From positions 209,506-273,505 of the forward strand of contig NW_008246115.1 in assembly GCF_000281045.1 (NCBI RefSeq): a DNA stretch of 64,000 bases. The letters are read 5' to 3'. This DNA is from Saprolegnia diclina VS20 (Eukaryota). Below the pieces are notes generated by a model that was not told where the DNA came from, searched no databases, and worked only from the letters and a program-made list of their open reading frames with translations. A program made the translations under genes and the position numbers. Below are positions 21,226 to 33,972 of the stretch, piece by piece (position 1 is the first letter of the stretch; every line of letters begins with the position of its first letter).

Positions 21226-22886
21226 ATGAGCAGCACGAAGCGCCCAGCCGCGGCGCCGACGACGATCGCGACCTTGGACGGCGCGCTCGTGGCCATCACG
21301 ACATGCTTGCAGACGCCGGAAGAGGTCGTCGTCTTCCTCGACGCCGTCAACTCGCCCGCGCTCTGCAAGCCGCTGGCGTCGCTTCTTCAGCTCCTCCGCG
21401 ATCCGGACCGCGCGTTCACAGGCTCCATGTTCGACATTGTTGACGACGTACCATTGCTCTCGTATGCGTGGCCGTGTGCAAGCCTCGACTGCGTTCGTCC
21501 CGAAGCCGCCGGACTCGTCGTCGATGCCATGTCGGCCTTCCCGGCCATGCAGGTCCGTCAAGACGTGTACAAGTTGCAGTACTTGCCGCCGAACCAGCCT
21601 TCGTCGGAGCGCGACCTGGGCCCGTTCATGTGGCTCGCTGCGACATGGGGGCACAAGCTCCAGGCCATCAAGGTCTCGACCGTCCGCAACGCCAAGCACA
21701 TGGAGCCGCTGTGCGACGCGCTTCGGCGGTGCACGAGTCTCAATGCGTTCAGCGTGGCCGTGGACTCTATCTCGCCCAAGATGCTCTATCAACTCGGCTC
21801 GCACCGAAACGAATCCGACACCGACTCGGAGCTCATTGCCACAGAGCTCATTGCCGCCGTCACGACGCCAAACCACCGCGTCCGTCGCTTGACGATCGCG
21901 TCCAATCTCGTCGAGTGCGACTGGGTCAAAGTCCTTGGTCCTTGGCTTGCGTCGCCACACACTCAACACCACGGGTTCCAGCACAACAGCTCTCGCACCG
22001 ACGACGGCCTCCGTCGCCTTGTCGTTGCCGCCCGCTCCCTCTCGAGTCTCGACCTCGACATGGCGCAAGCCGGTCGCCTTCCGCCCATCGACGGCGATGG
22101 CCAAACACGGTTTGAGAACCTCTCGGCCCTGCGCGTCCAAGTGCGCGAAAGGGACGCTCCCTTTGTCCAGGAACTCTTCCAGCGCCTTGAGCCCCGCCGT
22201 CTGACGAGCCTCTACATCTCTTGCAAGAGCGACCTCAGCTACGTGCTGGACGCGCTCCCTCGCTTCACTGCGCTGCAAGAGCTCCACGCGGATTTCCATC
22301 ACGTTGATGCGCTGCCGGTCTCGGGCATGCCCGCCTTGCGATCGGCCACGTTGATCCAAGTGATCCTCTCCGACCAAGCCGTCGACAGCCTCATGCACCT
22401 CTTGGCGCACGCCCCGGCGCTCGAGAAGCTCGCTTGGTCCTTCTACAGGGAATATACGTACCTCCGCGCCGCCGTAGTACGCTCGCTTCACAACTGGATC
22501 AACAGCGGCGTGCGCGCCATCGCGCTCGACGTAAGCGCCTTGACTGCCAAAGAGCTTGGGAATGGCCTCTTCCACGCGGCGAGTCCGCTCAGCGCCTGTG
22601 TCACCGTGCACAACGACTTGCGCAAAGCGTTCGACATGCGTTCCTGCTTGAAGCGCTGGCGACGTGCGCTGGCGTCACGCTCCAGCTCTCTTCGGAAACG
22701 AACGGAGAGGCGCTCGAAGCCCTCCTCGCCGTGAGCTACGCGGCGAGCTTGCCCGTCGTGCGCAGCTTGCGGTGGAATGGCGACACCGGTTCGAGGGTCG
22801 ATGCGGCTGCCGCTCGCGACCTCGCCGTCCAAGTGCATCGTGACGCTTGGTGGGTCCGTATCCAGAGCCCACCGGCCTGTGCGTAG
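21226..22886 (+). pseudogene. Divergent LRR/RNI-like family member with apparent frameshift near 22640
   Basis: Same architecture as 7354-8871 (VVVFLDA..L..LLQLL, YAWP, ATWGHKL, LRRCTSL, AVTTPNHRV). The family motif LLEALATC.GV continues in a different frame after 22640. Confidence 0.65.
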
Positions 22887-22953
22887 GCTGGATTCCATGT
22901 AGATTGGTCAACTTGTTTGTATTTCTGCCCGACTCGCCGGTCAACCACGTACA

Positions 22954-25900
22954 TTAGGACGCATACAAGCTGCGCAACGTCAAGAGCACTTGGGCAAGCG
23001 GCGCGTCGCGGTGGCAGATCGCTTCCTTGTACATTTGCTTGAAGACGCTGCTCCTCTGCTTGACGCTCTTGGTCGCACATGGCGCGCGTACGAGGCGGAG
23101 GAGGTAGGTCTGGACGCCTTCGAGGATGCTCGGCGCAACCGTCGCCAACGTCGTCCGGTCGTCGAGCGACAAGCGGTGGCTTTTCGAGTACGCTTCGTAC
23201 GTGTTGAGGAGCACGAGCAGCGCGTGTTCAATGTCCTCGGCCTACAAGCACTCAACGACGATGGGCGATGAGCGAGATAATACCTTGTCCGAGGCTGCGT
23301 ACAGCGCCGCGAGTTCTTGGTGGATGATGACAAACGTCTTGCCGACGTCGACAACGCCAAAGTACAAGAGCGCTTTTTCATAGTGGCGTCGCGCCAGCTC
23401 CATCTTGGTGCGCGTTGTCGCCTCGAGCTTCCCGACCAGCTGCCGACTGTAGAAGGACGCCATTTGATAGTGCGTCGAGGCCACTTGGCGCGCGTCGTTG
23501 ATCTCGAGGTACAAATGCAGCGCCTTGTTAAACTTGGCGGCGATTTTGGTCTCGGCGTCGCTGTGCACGGGCGCGTTCAAGCTCAAGCGCACGGCCCACA
23601 CGAGGTACGTGAGCGCGAGTTCGCCCGTGACTTTGGCGTGGACTTCACTCGCTCGAGACGACTTTAAGAGCGCGTGGGCTTTGGTGCAGAGACCGACCGC
23701 CTTGGCGTAGTGCTCCTCCTGGCGGCCATCCGCGTCGGCCAATATCTTGTGCAAGTTGGCCAAGTTGGCACAGAGCAGCGCCGCATTCGCTCCGTCTACG
23801 CTCGTCGGCATAGCGTCGACACGTTGGAGATCCAGTCGTACCTTCGATCGCTTCAAAGAGGAGACTGCCGCCTTCAAACCACAAGTACGCTTGCTGCAAG
23901 TCCTTCTGCGCCAAGAACGACTTGGCCGTCTCGTTGGCGGCGTTCCCGAGCTTCTTCATGAGCACGCTACACACATAGCGCTAAGCCATGGACGGACGCA
24001 GCACGTACAAGTAGTGTTCGGCGTTGACGGGCGGCGAGAGCGCACGCAGGTAGGCCAAGAACGAGACGTTTGTCGTCGCGTCCAGGAGAGATCGATGGGC
24101 TGCCACGAGGTCGCCAAAGGCCGCCGGTGCAAACGCCTGCTGGAGACTGGTCATGGTCGACGGCCGAACCGCCGACGTGAGTAGCTGGTAGGTGAGCGCG
24201 ACAGCGGGCGCGAGGTCGCCAAGGCGCTGGCTGCTCGCGAGGTCGCCAAGCGCCTCGAGTACATTGGCGCGGACCTCGGTCTCGCTGTAGAGCGGCTTGA
24301 GGAACGTCTTCGACTTGGCGTGGCCGACGCCGCCAAAATCGAGGTCGTCCAGGAACGAGTGGAAGAACGCAATCGAGTCGACGGGCGCGAGCGGCGTCGG
24401 GGGCGGGAGTGCATCGAAGCGAAGGAACCCGCAGGCGTCGTGGAGGCTCCGGAGGGCATCAGCGATCGCGTGGTTCTCCATGTACACGGCAGCGAGGTGC
24501 AATGCGGTTGATGCATGCTTGAGCTGAAGTCGACTCACTTCTTCTTCCATAAAGAGACCCACGGCGTCATCTTCGTCGTCGTCGTCATCCTCCTCTCTGC
24601 CGCTCTCATGTCCTCCGCCCCGAAGCGTCGGCGATGAGAGAACGGTCTCGGAGAGCGGAAGGCCGCCTGTGGACGCGGTGGCGTGGTGCTTGGCGTCCTT
24701 CTCGGCAAAGTAGTCGGCGACGCAGCCCTCGAGCACGCGGATGCTCGTCTGCAAATGCAGCTTGGCACTGCGGAGGTGCGCAGCCTTTTCACTTTCGCTG
24801 CTGCTCTCGTCGAGTTCGCGGAGGTACGTGTCGGCCATTTGCTCGGCGACCGACGCCGAGATCGAGTCTTGCGCGCGGGACCCGCCATGGTCGCGACGCA
24901 GCTCTTTCAGGAGCTCAAGACACGTACCCAAGAGCTCGCGCTGCCGGTGCCGGAGCCGCGTCTGAAGGGCCGGCGCTTCAAACGCCGAGGAAATGAGCCG
25001 CGCCGCGCGCGACGCAAAGCGGTAGCAGAGCATCGCCATCATGTACTTCCACTTCCTTTGCTGGCCGCGCGCAAGCATCCGCACGTCGTAGAGGCGGAGC
25101 GAGAAGTCGCCTTCTGCTCGGTACAGCCAGTACGTCCCGTTGGCTTCCGAGCAGTTGTTCTACAGCCACACGAGTCAACGTCATGGGGATGGTCAAGGTG
25201 TATCTACTTGGAGGAACTTGAAGAGCATCGTCGCGTTGAGGTTGACGTCGTGGACATCAAAGAGCGGCGTCGACGAGCCGTTGAGGTACGGGATGTCGCG
25301 CGTCTCGACGAGCTGGTACCCGCGCACGTGGCCTTTTGAATGCATGCAAATCGCCAGTTCGGGAATGTTGGCAATCTAGTGGCATGTCGCATCGTGGACA
25401 AGTTGTCTGAAGTTGACGTACGACGTTGTCGAGGTAGTAGTCGAGGACTGTGCAGAGCGAGAGGTCCTGGTCGGCGTCATGGAGCTTGAGCGACACGGAC
25501 GGGTGCTCCTTGTTGCTGAAGAGCTGCACGTCGCTGCCGAGTAACTAGTATCCGAGAAAATGATAAATACAAAACGAATACAATATTGTCCTTCATCGAT
25601 AAGGACGAGACGGACCATTTGCATGTCGTGAAACTTCCACTTCAAAATGCGCTGGAACGCAGGGACGACGTTGGGCAGCGGCGAGGACGACGACGCATAT
25701 GACGACGTGGTGTCATCCTCTTCGGTCGCATCGTCATCCCATGGCGGTCGATGCAAGGGCGACAGGCTCGGGTGCTGCTGCTGCTGCGCCTGCTTCTTGC
25801 GCTTCGCCCGTCGCTTCTTCTCCTTGGCCGAGAGCTTGGCCTTGGACGGCTTGGCCTTGGGCTCGAGAGAGACAGCGGGCGCGAACTCATCGTCGTCGGC

Positions 25901-26572
25901 TTCAGGCGGCGGCAGCGCCAGCGTGCTCTGGTAGATAAAGTTCTCAAAAAGCGCCGGGTCCTGCTCGAGGAGCGGCGTGCTATGCCCGATGCGGAGCACT
26001 TCGTTGCACTCGTCAAAGCCCTTTGGAAGGTCCGTCTCGTCGACATCGCCGTCGACGACGAGCGTGTTGCCCACGCGGTGGATCGCAAGCGAGACGCGGC
26101 TGCGCGAGTACGGCAGCTTGAAGAGCGTCTTGATGCTCTCGGCGGGCCCGAGGAAATGCACGTCGGGCATGTCCTTGGGCGACGTCCTGCCCGAGGAGGG
26201 TAGGTCGTCTGACGCGGTCGACGGCGCCGAGGCGCCCGGCATCGAACGGTACGGCGTCGTCTCGGGTAGGCCGTACTCGTAGCCGCAGCCGGCGAGCTCG
26301 ACGCGCCCGTGATGGAGGCGCAGTGACATCTGTGGCTGGCGAGGCGTGCGCAGCGGCACCTGTAGCTGCTGGAGGTACGCTTGGTGCACGCGGCGCTCCT
26401 TGGCGGTTGGCGACAAGTTCAAGTCCGTGTTTTTCTCGAGCTGCTTGAAGCGGACGGCCGGTGACGGCACAAGGACGAGCCCTGTCTCCGCTGTCGAGGC
26501 CATAACCGCATCGCTTCCTTCGATCAGCTGCGCGTCCGAGGTGAACTCGACCACGCCCGCATCGTCGTCCAT
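22954..26572 (-). CDS. EDRF1: Erythroid differentiation-related factor 1 homolog (EDRF1, TPR-like C-terminus), multi-exon
   Basis: IKTLFKLPYSRSRVSLAIHRVGNTLVVD, ILKWKFHDMQMLLGSD, VSLKLHD..LDYYLDNV..IPELAIC..GYQLVET, and a helical TPR-like C-terminus (KKLGNAANE, LARRHYEKAL). Confidence 0.85.
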
Positions 26573-26833
26573 CTGCTGCTGCTGCTCTGTCGCTCCGACC
26601 GACACGTTGTGTGCGCCAAAGGCCTCATCTGAAGCCCTAAAAACACGCAACTTGTACTTGATATTGCTATCGCATGTCAAGCGTCGCGCTATCGCACCCA
26701 AAGATCGCAGTGGGCACTTGCTGCTGGGCAGCTTTCGCCGACACTTCGACAAGGCGCTTCAAGGCGAGCAACAGCGCGCTGCAACCATGGAGGTATTCGA
26801 GCCCAGTGACGTGCACAACGAAGTGCGAAGCCA

Positions 26834-27718
26834 ATGGAAGGCGTTGAAGACGGTGTTTTTAGCCTTGATAGAATACAACCTGCTGCGGCCGATTCGGATA
26901 AGATCGCCACGGGCGCCCCGTATCCGGACAGCCGGATCCACAAAGATACCGAAATGGGAGCCGAGGAGCTTATCGCCAAGGCCGCGCCCGACACGGCCAT
27001 GACGGACGTGAGCATGACCGTCGCGTCACCGAGCTCGATGAAGGAGAGGGTGGCTATCGAGGGCCAGGACGATGCTCAAGGCGGCAAACCTCTGGAGGGC
27101 GGCCATGGCGATGCCCCCGCGTGTCGACCTCTGGAGTACGATGCATGCATGATGGTCGAGCCAGCGACCAATGACGATACGTACGACGTGTGCTTGGTCA
27201 AGGACCAATATGGGCTGGGCATCTATTTTACTCGAAGCGACGAGATGGCGGTCGTGGACCAGCACGTGCCCTTTTACAAGCTACCGTCCGGTCTCCCGGG
27301 CCCAGGCGAAGCCAGCGGGCGCATCAAGCCCGGCGATATCCTCGAGTTCATCGATGGACTCGATGTCCGGGCGCAGCCGTTCGAAGCAACCCTCGAAGCG
27401 CTCCGCAACCTCGCGCTCGGGTCGGTGACGCTGGGCTTTCGGTCACCTGCCTACTTGCCGCTGGTCGAGACACCCCTTCTCGAGGCATCCGAGGTCCTCG
27501 CCGCCGTCACGCTCGAAGAGCGCAATCAATGGCTCGAGAATGAGCTCGCACGAGAGCGCAAGTGCCGCGCGCTCGCAGACAAGAAGGTGCTTCTCTACCG
27601 CGAAGAGGTGCTGCGTCTGAGCCAAGTCAACCTTGAGCTACGCACGGCGATGGCCAAGGACGAGGCGAAGAAGCGCGCGGCCGACGGCTTTCTCGCGTGC
27701 ACGCACCTCATGCTCTGA
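26834..27718 (+). CDS. PDZ-domain protein with C-terminal coiled coil (start uncertain)
   Basis: VCLVKDQYGLGIYF..GPGEASGRIKPGDILEFIDGLDV..F..TLEALR..VTLGF, followed by heptad-rich EERNQWLENELARE. Confidence 0.8.
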   Translation: MEGVEDGVFSLDRIQPAAADSDKIATGAPYPDSRIHKDTEMGAEELIAKAAPDTAMTDVSMTVASPSSMKERVAIEGQDDAQGGKPLEGGHGDAPACRPLEYDACMMVEPATNDDTYDVCLVKDQYGLGIYFTRSDEMAVVDQHVPFYKLPSGLPGPGEASGRIKPGDILEFIDGLDVRAQPFEATLEALRNLALGSVTLGFRSPAYLPLVETPLLEASEVLAAVTLEERNQWLENELARERKCRALADKKVLLYREEVLRLSQVNLELRTAMAKDEAKKRAADGFLACTHLML

Positions 27719-28377
27719 TCGTCGTCGTCCCTCTCGCTGCATGCAAGGTGCTCTCGGCTGAAATTATTTAAACTGCGTAATCCATAGCCCCTTCCGTCGT
27801 AGTCTACCGGTGCACCATCGTCAAACCAGATAGGTTTACTAGTAGCGTCGTGGGCTCTGGTCGCAGGCGTGCGTGCTGGATCGGTCGCCCTTCACACAGT
27901 GCGATCTTGTGGTCATCGCGACGCCAGGAACGACGCGTCGCGGGCACAGCCTCGCCCATCGCCACCGTCGCCGGCCCACCAAGGCCACCGCAAGCCCACG
28001 CTAGCCCATGCACGTACGCCACGCGCCTCTGCCACCTCGCGCCGAGCCGCGATCCCATGACGCGTCGGCGCTTGCGACGACCGTGGCACTCACCGCTTAC
28101 GAAACAGCTCGAGCGGCTTACGAAACACAAGGCCACCTTGAACTTTGATCGGGTCTGGGTGGTATTTTTAATCCTACTTTGTATAAAAAACGGTTGCAAT
28201 ACAACGCAATCGTACCACCGTACCATACAAATGCTGTGTTTACATAGAAAATTTAGAATAAAAATACAAGCTGTTTTTATGCACCAATATGTATAAAACG
28301 ACAGTTGGGCTCGCTGTCGGAAGATCTGCGGCCAAAGACGCAGCTTGCATTATTTCCCGAGGAAGAGCAGCAGCAAG

Positions 28378-30380
28378 ATGAAGGTCCTCCGCCCGACGAC
28401 GCCCGCGCTCGCCCGCGCCTTTAGCTCCGGCTACGTGCAGAAGACCGTGATCCCGACGTACCACTTCCAGAAGTCGCTCATGCGCCTGCCCGTGCCCAAG
28501 CTTGAGGACACGCTCAACCGGTACCTTCTCGCGGTGCAGCCAGTCGTGTCGCCCGATGAGTTCAAGGCGACGCAGCGCGAGGTCGAGGCCTTCCGCACGG
28601 GCCTCGGGCCGCAGCTCCACGACGCCTTAGTGGCCCGCGACAAGGCGTCGCCGGAAACGAGCTACATCAACAAGTGGTGGTTCGAAATGTACGTGCGTGA
28701 CCGCCAGCCCGTTGCGATCAACGTCAACCCGCAGGTACGGACGCCTCTGCCTATTGCTATTGTCTCAATTCGCAAATCGCATCTAGATCAAGATCAAGGA
28801 CGACCCGAACCCGGCCAAGAACGCGCAAAACCAGCGCGCGGCGTCGCTCATTGCGTCGTCGGTTCGCTTCTTCCGCACACTGCGCGACAAGCAGCTCGAG
28901 CCCGATGTCTTCCACACCAAGCCGCAGCACTCGAAGACGGCGCTCTTTAACAACGTCATGAAGATGCTGCCCGAGGCCATCTCGTTCTACGGCGCCGCCG
29001 CCGTCGGCGCGTACCCGCTCGACATGAGCCAGTACAAGAACCTCTTCCAGTCGACGCGTGTCCCTGGCATTGGCGAGGACTCGCTCCAGGTCTTCCCCGA
29101 CTCGAAGCACATTGTCGTCCAGCGCGGCAGCGACTTCTTCAAGTTTGACGTGCTCAAGGCCGATGGCACTGGGGTCGCGGACGCTGAGATTCTCGCGCAG
29201 ATCGACGCCATCTTGGCGACGCCGGCCAACTTGACGGCGAATGGTCTGGGCCTTATGACGACGCTTGGCCGTGATGAGTGGGCGTCGGCCCGCGCCCACC
29301 TGATCGCATCGGGCTCGAACAACGCCGCGAGCCTCCGCGACATCGACAGCGCGCTCTTCATGGTACACTGCCATCCTCGTTTCGCCGCTACTCGTCTGAC
29401 GAACGTGCTAGGTGACGCTCGAGCACGCGTCGCCCGAGTCGGACCGCGATATCTCCCGCACGTTCCTCACGGGCAACGGCAGCAACCACTGGTTTGACAA
29501 GAGCTTCCAGCTCTTGGTCGCGGCCAACGGCAAGGCGTCGGTCAACTTTGAGCACTCGTGGGGCGACGGCGTTGCCGTCCTCCGGTACCTCAACGAAATG
29601 TATACGGACAGCATCAAGCATAGCCCGCTGCCGGGCGGCGAGCGGTCGGCGACGGCCGCGCCGCTGTCGTTTACGTTCTCGGACGACACGAAAGCGACGT
29701 TGGCCAAGGCGCGGTCGACGTACGACGCGTGGACGAAGCGGCTGCTCATCGAGACGGTGGAGACGCCCGTGACCAAGGCGATTGGGGCGACCCATGGCAT
29801 TGGTACGGACGGCGTCATGCAGATGGCGATCCAGCTCGCCCACTTCCGGCTCCATGGCCACTTTGTCTCGACGTACGAGAGCGCGAGCACGGCGGCCTTC
29901 AAGCACGGCCGCACCGAGACGATCCGGTCGTGCACGAACGAGGCGGTGGCCTTTTGCACGGCGATGGAGAACGCGTCGTCGTCGGTCGGGGACCAAGCGG
30001 CGGCGCTCCGCTCGGCTGTCAAGAAGCACAGCGAGCTCACGAAGAACGGTGTGATGGGCCAAGGCTGCGACCGCCACCTCTTTGGCCTGCGCAAGATGGC
30101 CGAGATCGAGGGCCTCGACCTCCCGGGCTTGTACACGCTGCCCTCGTACAAGACGATGAGCCACATCATCCTCTCGACGAGCACGCTCTCGAGCCCCAAC
30201 TTGGACGGCGGCAGCTTTGGCCCTGTCAACGAGGACTGCTACGGCATTGGCTACGGCATCGAGTCGATTGGCTCCATGTTCCAGCTCGCGAGTTACCGCA
30301 ACGACCTTGGTGACATGCGCGACCTGCTCTCCAAGAGCGTCCAGGACATTGAGGCCGTCCTCGTGGCCACCAAGAAGTAA
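28378..30380 (+). CDS. CPT2: Carnitine O-palmitoyltransferase 2-like (choline/carnitine acyltransferase), mitochondrial, 3 exons
   Basis: PTYHFQKSLMRLPVPKLEDTLNRYL, AYPLDMSQY, NHWFDKSF, NFEHSWGDGVAVLR, TYESASTAAFKHGRTETIR, MGQGCDRHL and ILSTSTL. Confidence 0.93.
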
Positions 30381-31973
30381 GAATCGCGTATTCGAATGTT
30401 AGAAACCACTGCCGTTTGTCAAATAATATGATGAAAAGTTTGTCTTTTGGAGATTTATGTACGTACTAGCTCTTCCCGGCTTGCCACGATTGATGTGGAG
30501 CGTTTCAAGTTTGGCCAATCAGAGTCGAGTGGCATCCGGCGGTCATGACGTGGCAGCCGCAAATGGCTCCTTTGATCACACGCTGCTGTACAAATGTAGG
30601 ACGACAACCAAGTGGCATTCAGGACCACATCGACTACGGGTGGCGCGCCCACCGTATGAGAAGAACTGCTTGGCAGAGCAGCTCGCGACAAGGTGTAGCT
30701 GTATCGTCTCCAGGTACCGACCTGGTATCGCTGCGCTGCGATAGATATGGGAGCTGCCTGTCGTCGACGTCACGCAACTACGTGGTGGGATTGCAAGAGG
30801 GCGGTACATACCAATGCTTGCGCATGTTAGTACCGTAGTTCGAACGCATCCAGGTGCTAGAATAGCTGTCGTGCGAGCCAAAAGAAGCCAGTAGAGGTCC
30901 TGCTTCCATGCTGCAAGTTGGCCTGCGACGTCCTTGGATGTGGGCGGCGGTAGAGTTGTCGTTGCTGCTACAGGAACGTGACGAACGCTACGCAGTTGGC
31001 GCCTTCCATTGCTTACCAGTGTACGTCGCGGACGGTCAGCAAAGAACCGCGCGCCGCTCGTTTCCTTGCACCGACGCCACGTCACGGCACTTGCAGGATC
31101 TCCGCATTCGGACCGAGGAGATGTGGGAGCATATCGTCATCAAGATCTTCGAACGATGCGTCAACCAAAACAGCTCCGAGTTAATCTGCCTCCATGGGCG
31201 CGCGATGAGGACCTTCCCTGCTGCCCCTGCGTCATACCGGTATCGCTACCAAGTGGTCGATTGATCACACTCACTCGATCTGGTTCGTCGAGCCGGACGC
31301 AGCGGTCGTTGCCCAGGTTGCTTGAAGTTGCTTGGCTGGGTAAAGTAGCTTTGCATACCCAGAAGAGCAGCGGCAAGGTGGGGGTACCCCTCCCCGGGTA
31401 CGATCGCAACGCGACGACGCGAAGGATCCATCAAGGGCGCCTTGGATGATCCATCAAGCGCCGAACGTGCAGCCGCCTACGCAGCCGCCGCGTGGCGCTA
31501 TGCCCAATCGGCATGAGCTCGAGATACCGGCAGGCTTCCACGCTTGCCATCCCACGTCCGTGCGGCTGGTTAGCTACTTGCATCTGGCGTCTTCGCCACG
31601 CGCAGCGCACCAATGGCTGTCGACAGTCGCAGTACGTCATCAGATGCGCTTGCAGCGACGGTGAAGCTGCTGCTTGGCGCTCCCGCTCGAGCGCGTCCGT
31701 CGGGAGCTTGAGATGGGCACAGAATTCGGCATGGCCATAGGCCCGGGTGGGGGCCACGCGATACGCGTCTTGGGGGCGGGGGCCCTAGGAGATGGGACCC
31801 GGCGCGTTTCATTGGTCCGTAATTTCATCACGTGATGGGATTGGCTGAAAAACCGTGCAACCCGGGTCTCGGCCAGATGACGCTCGGGGTTCGGTTCGAC
31901 ACATCGCCTCCCAAGTCCCGCACCTCGTCCGAGGACCTCATCACCGCCCGCCCGCTCTCGCCGCCTGGGTCTC

Positions 31974-33900
31974 ATGAATCCCGTCACGTCTCTGACCGCA
32001 TCGGCCTCGGCCGCGGTCCTGCTCGGGAAGCTTGGGAACCTCAAGCGGCCACAGACACCCGTCGTCGACAAGACGAATCCGTTCATCGGGTACTTCCACA
32101 AGGGCTCGACGCCACCGCCGCCGCACCGGCTGCACCACGCGCCGCGCCCAAAGCATGCGCCCAACAAGCAGTACCACGCCCACCAGCGCTTCGCCGAGTA
32201 TCTGAGCACGTCGTCGTCGCGCCACTACGAGCCGAAGCGTTCAGCCAAGCCCCACCAAGCGACAAACACCGCCCATAGCAAGTTGCTCGAGCACTCGACC
32301 ACGTCGTCAACGGCAAGCACGGCGCCATCGTCGGCGTCGGCGTCGCCCATGCTCGACGCGCCCTTCTCCCGCCGCAACAGCAGCGTCGACCTTGCCCGCG
32401 CCGACGACCGGCCCGTCGCGCCGGCGCCGTTGACAACGCTCCCGTACTTTGCCGCGCGCTTCAACCAAGACTTCAAGTCGCTGCGCGTCTTGGGCCAGGG
32501 TGGTCAAGGGTGCGTGACCGAGGTCGAGAGCAAGCTCGACCACAAGCGGTATGCGATCAAGAAGGTGCGCGTGCAGGCGACCACCGATAGCCGCGAGAAG
32601 AACCGCCACCTGACGCAGGTAGAGACGCTCCATGACCTACCGTGCCCGCATGCGTCCAATGTAGAGTCTCCGTGAGGTGCACTTGATGGCCAACCTGCCG
32701 CGCCACCCCAACATTGTGCGCTACTACACGTCGTGGCTCGAAGACGAAGCCGAGAACGTGGTCGCGCCAAGCCCAAGCGTCGACGACGACGACGAAGCGT
32801 CCATGGCGTCGGAGGAGTTTCTCTCGTACGACGCAGGTAGTTCGTGCGGCTTTGAGTTCGAGTCGGCCGAGGACTTGATGGCCGACCCGGCCGCGAGCGT
32901 CGAAGCGCCGACCAAGGCGCGGACGTCGTCGACGTCGTTGCCCGCTATCAACCTCTTCATCCAAGTACATGTTTCGTCTCTGTCAGAGTATACGGAAGGC
33001 CTCATATTGTACGACGCTAGATGGAGCTCTGCAAGCAAACCGAGTCCATCTCGAACCTGGCGTCGTGGCTGCGCTCGACCAGCGACGACCGCGTCACGAC
33101 GCGCGCGGGGCATGCGATGGCGATGCAGCTCTTCACCGACGTCGTCCGCGGCATCAAGCACATCCACGCCTTTGGCGTCATCCACCGCGACATCAAGCCC
33201 GACAACATTTTCCTCCAGAACGGCGTCGCCAAGATCGGCGACTTTGGCCTGTCCAAGCACATGCACGAAGCGACGTCTGTCGACGATGGCTTCTCACCGT
33301 CGCCAACGCTCGTCGAGAGTCCGACCAAGTCGACCAACAGTCACACGACGGCGCTCGGTACGTTCTTGTACGCGTCGCCCGAGCAAGTCGGCCGCGGCCA
33401 AGCGCCCCAATCGACGTTTTATTCGGAAAAGGTGCAACTCGATACGTTGAAACATTGAAAGTAACGCGCATCTAGTCGGACATTTTTGCGCTCGGCGTCA
33501 TGCTTCTCGAACTCTGCTCGTCGTTTTCGACCATCATGGAGCGCGTCCAAGTCCTCACGGCGGTGCGCCACGGGGTTGTGCCCGCAGCAGCGCAAATGGC
33601 CTTCCCCCTCGAGATGGGCTTGGTGGCCAAGATGACGGCCTTGGACCCGCGTGACCGGTACGTCGCCTCATCGTGACGCTGGCCTCATCACGGTCATGAT
33701 CGTGTAGCCCCTCGGCCGACGACATCTTTTCTGCTCTCTCGCCGACGTGGGGCGGCGTCTTCCAGGCGCTCCAGGACAAGGTGCATACACTGTTTGTATT
33801 CTGTTTGCTCTGCTCACATCGTCTTCTGGTAGCCGTGGATGCAACTCGACTCGCTCGCCGCCTAAGGTCGACCAGCTGCGTAATCACTCCAACATAATGG
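31974..33900 (+). CDS. eIF2-alpha kinase family (PEK/GCN2/HRI-like) Ser/Thr kinase, multi-exon (3' end uncertain)
   Basis: RFNQDF..LGQGGQGCV..KLDHKRYAIKKV, HPNIVRYYTSWLE, acidic kinase insert, LFIQMELC, HRDIKPDNIFL, KIGDFGL, HTTALGTFLYASPEQ and SDIFALGVMLLEL..FSTIMER. Confidence 0.85.
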
Positions 33901-33972
33901 TTGCTGCAGCAAACACACAAAAGATGCAAAACAAGATTAGACGGAGGATCGATGTGGGGACCGATAGGCGCT

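Noticed and set aside
20701..22611. 636-aa ORF on - strand
   Set aside because: Mostly antisense to the LRR gene, with no recognisable motifs.
30430..31750. Gene-poor stretch with short ORFs, possible decayed gene or TE
   Set aside because: No identifiable domain, terminal repeat or coherent frame.
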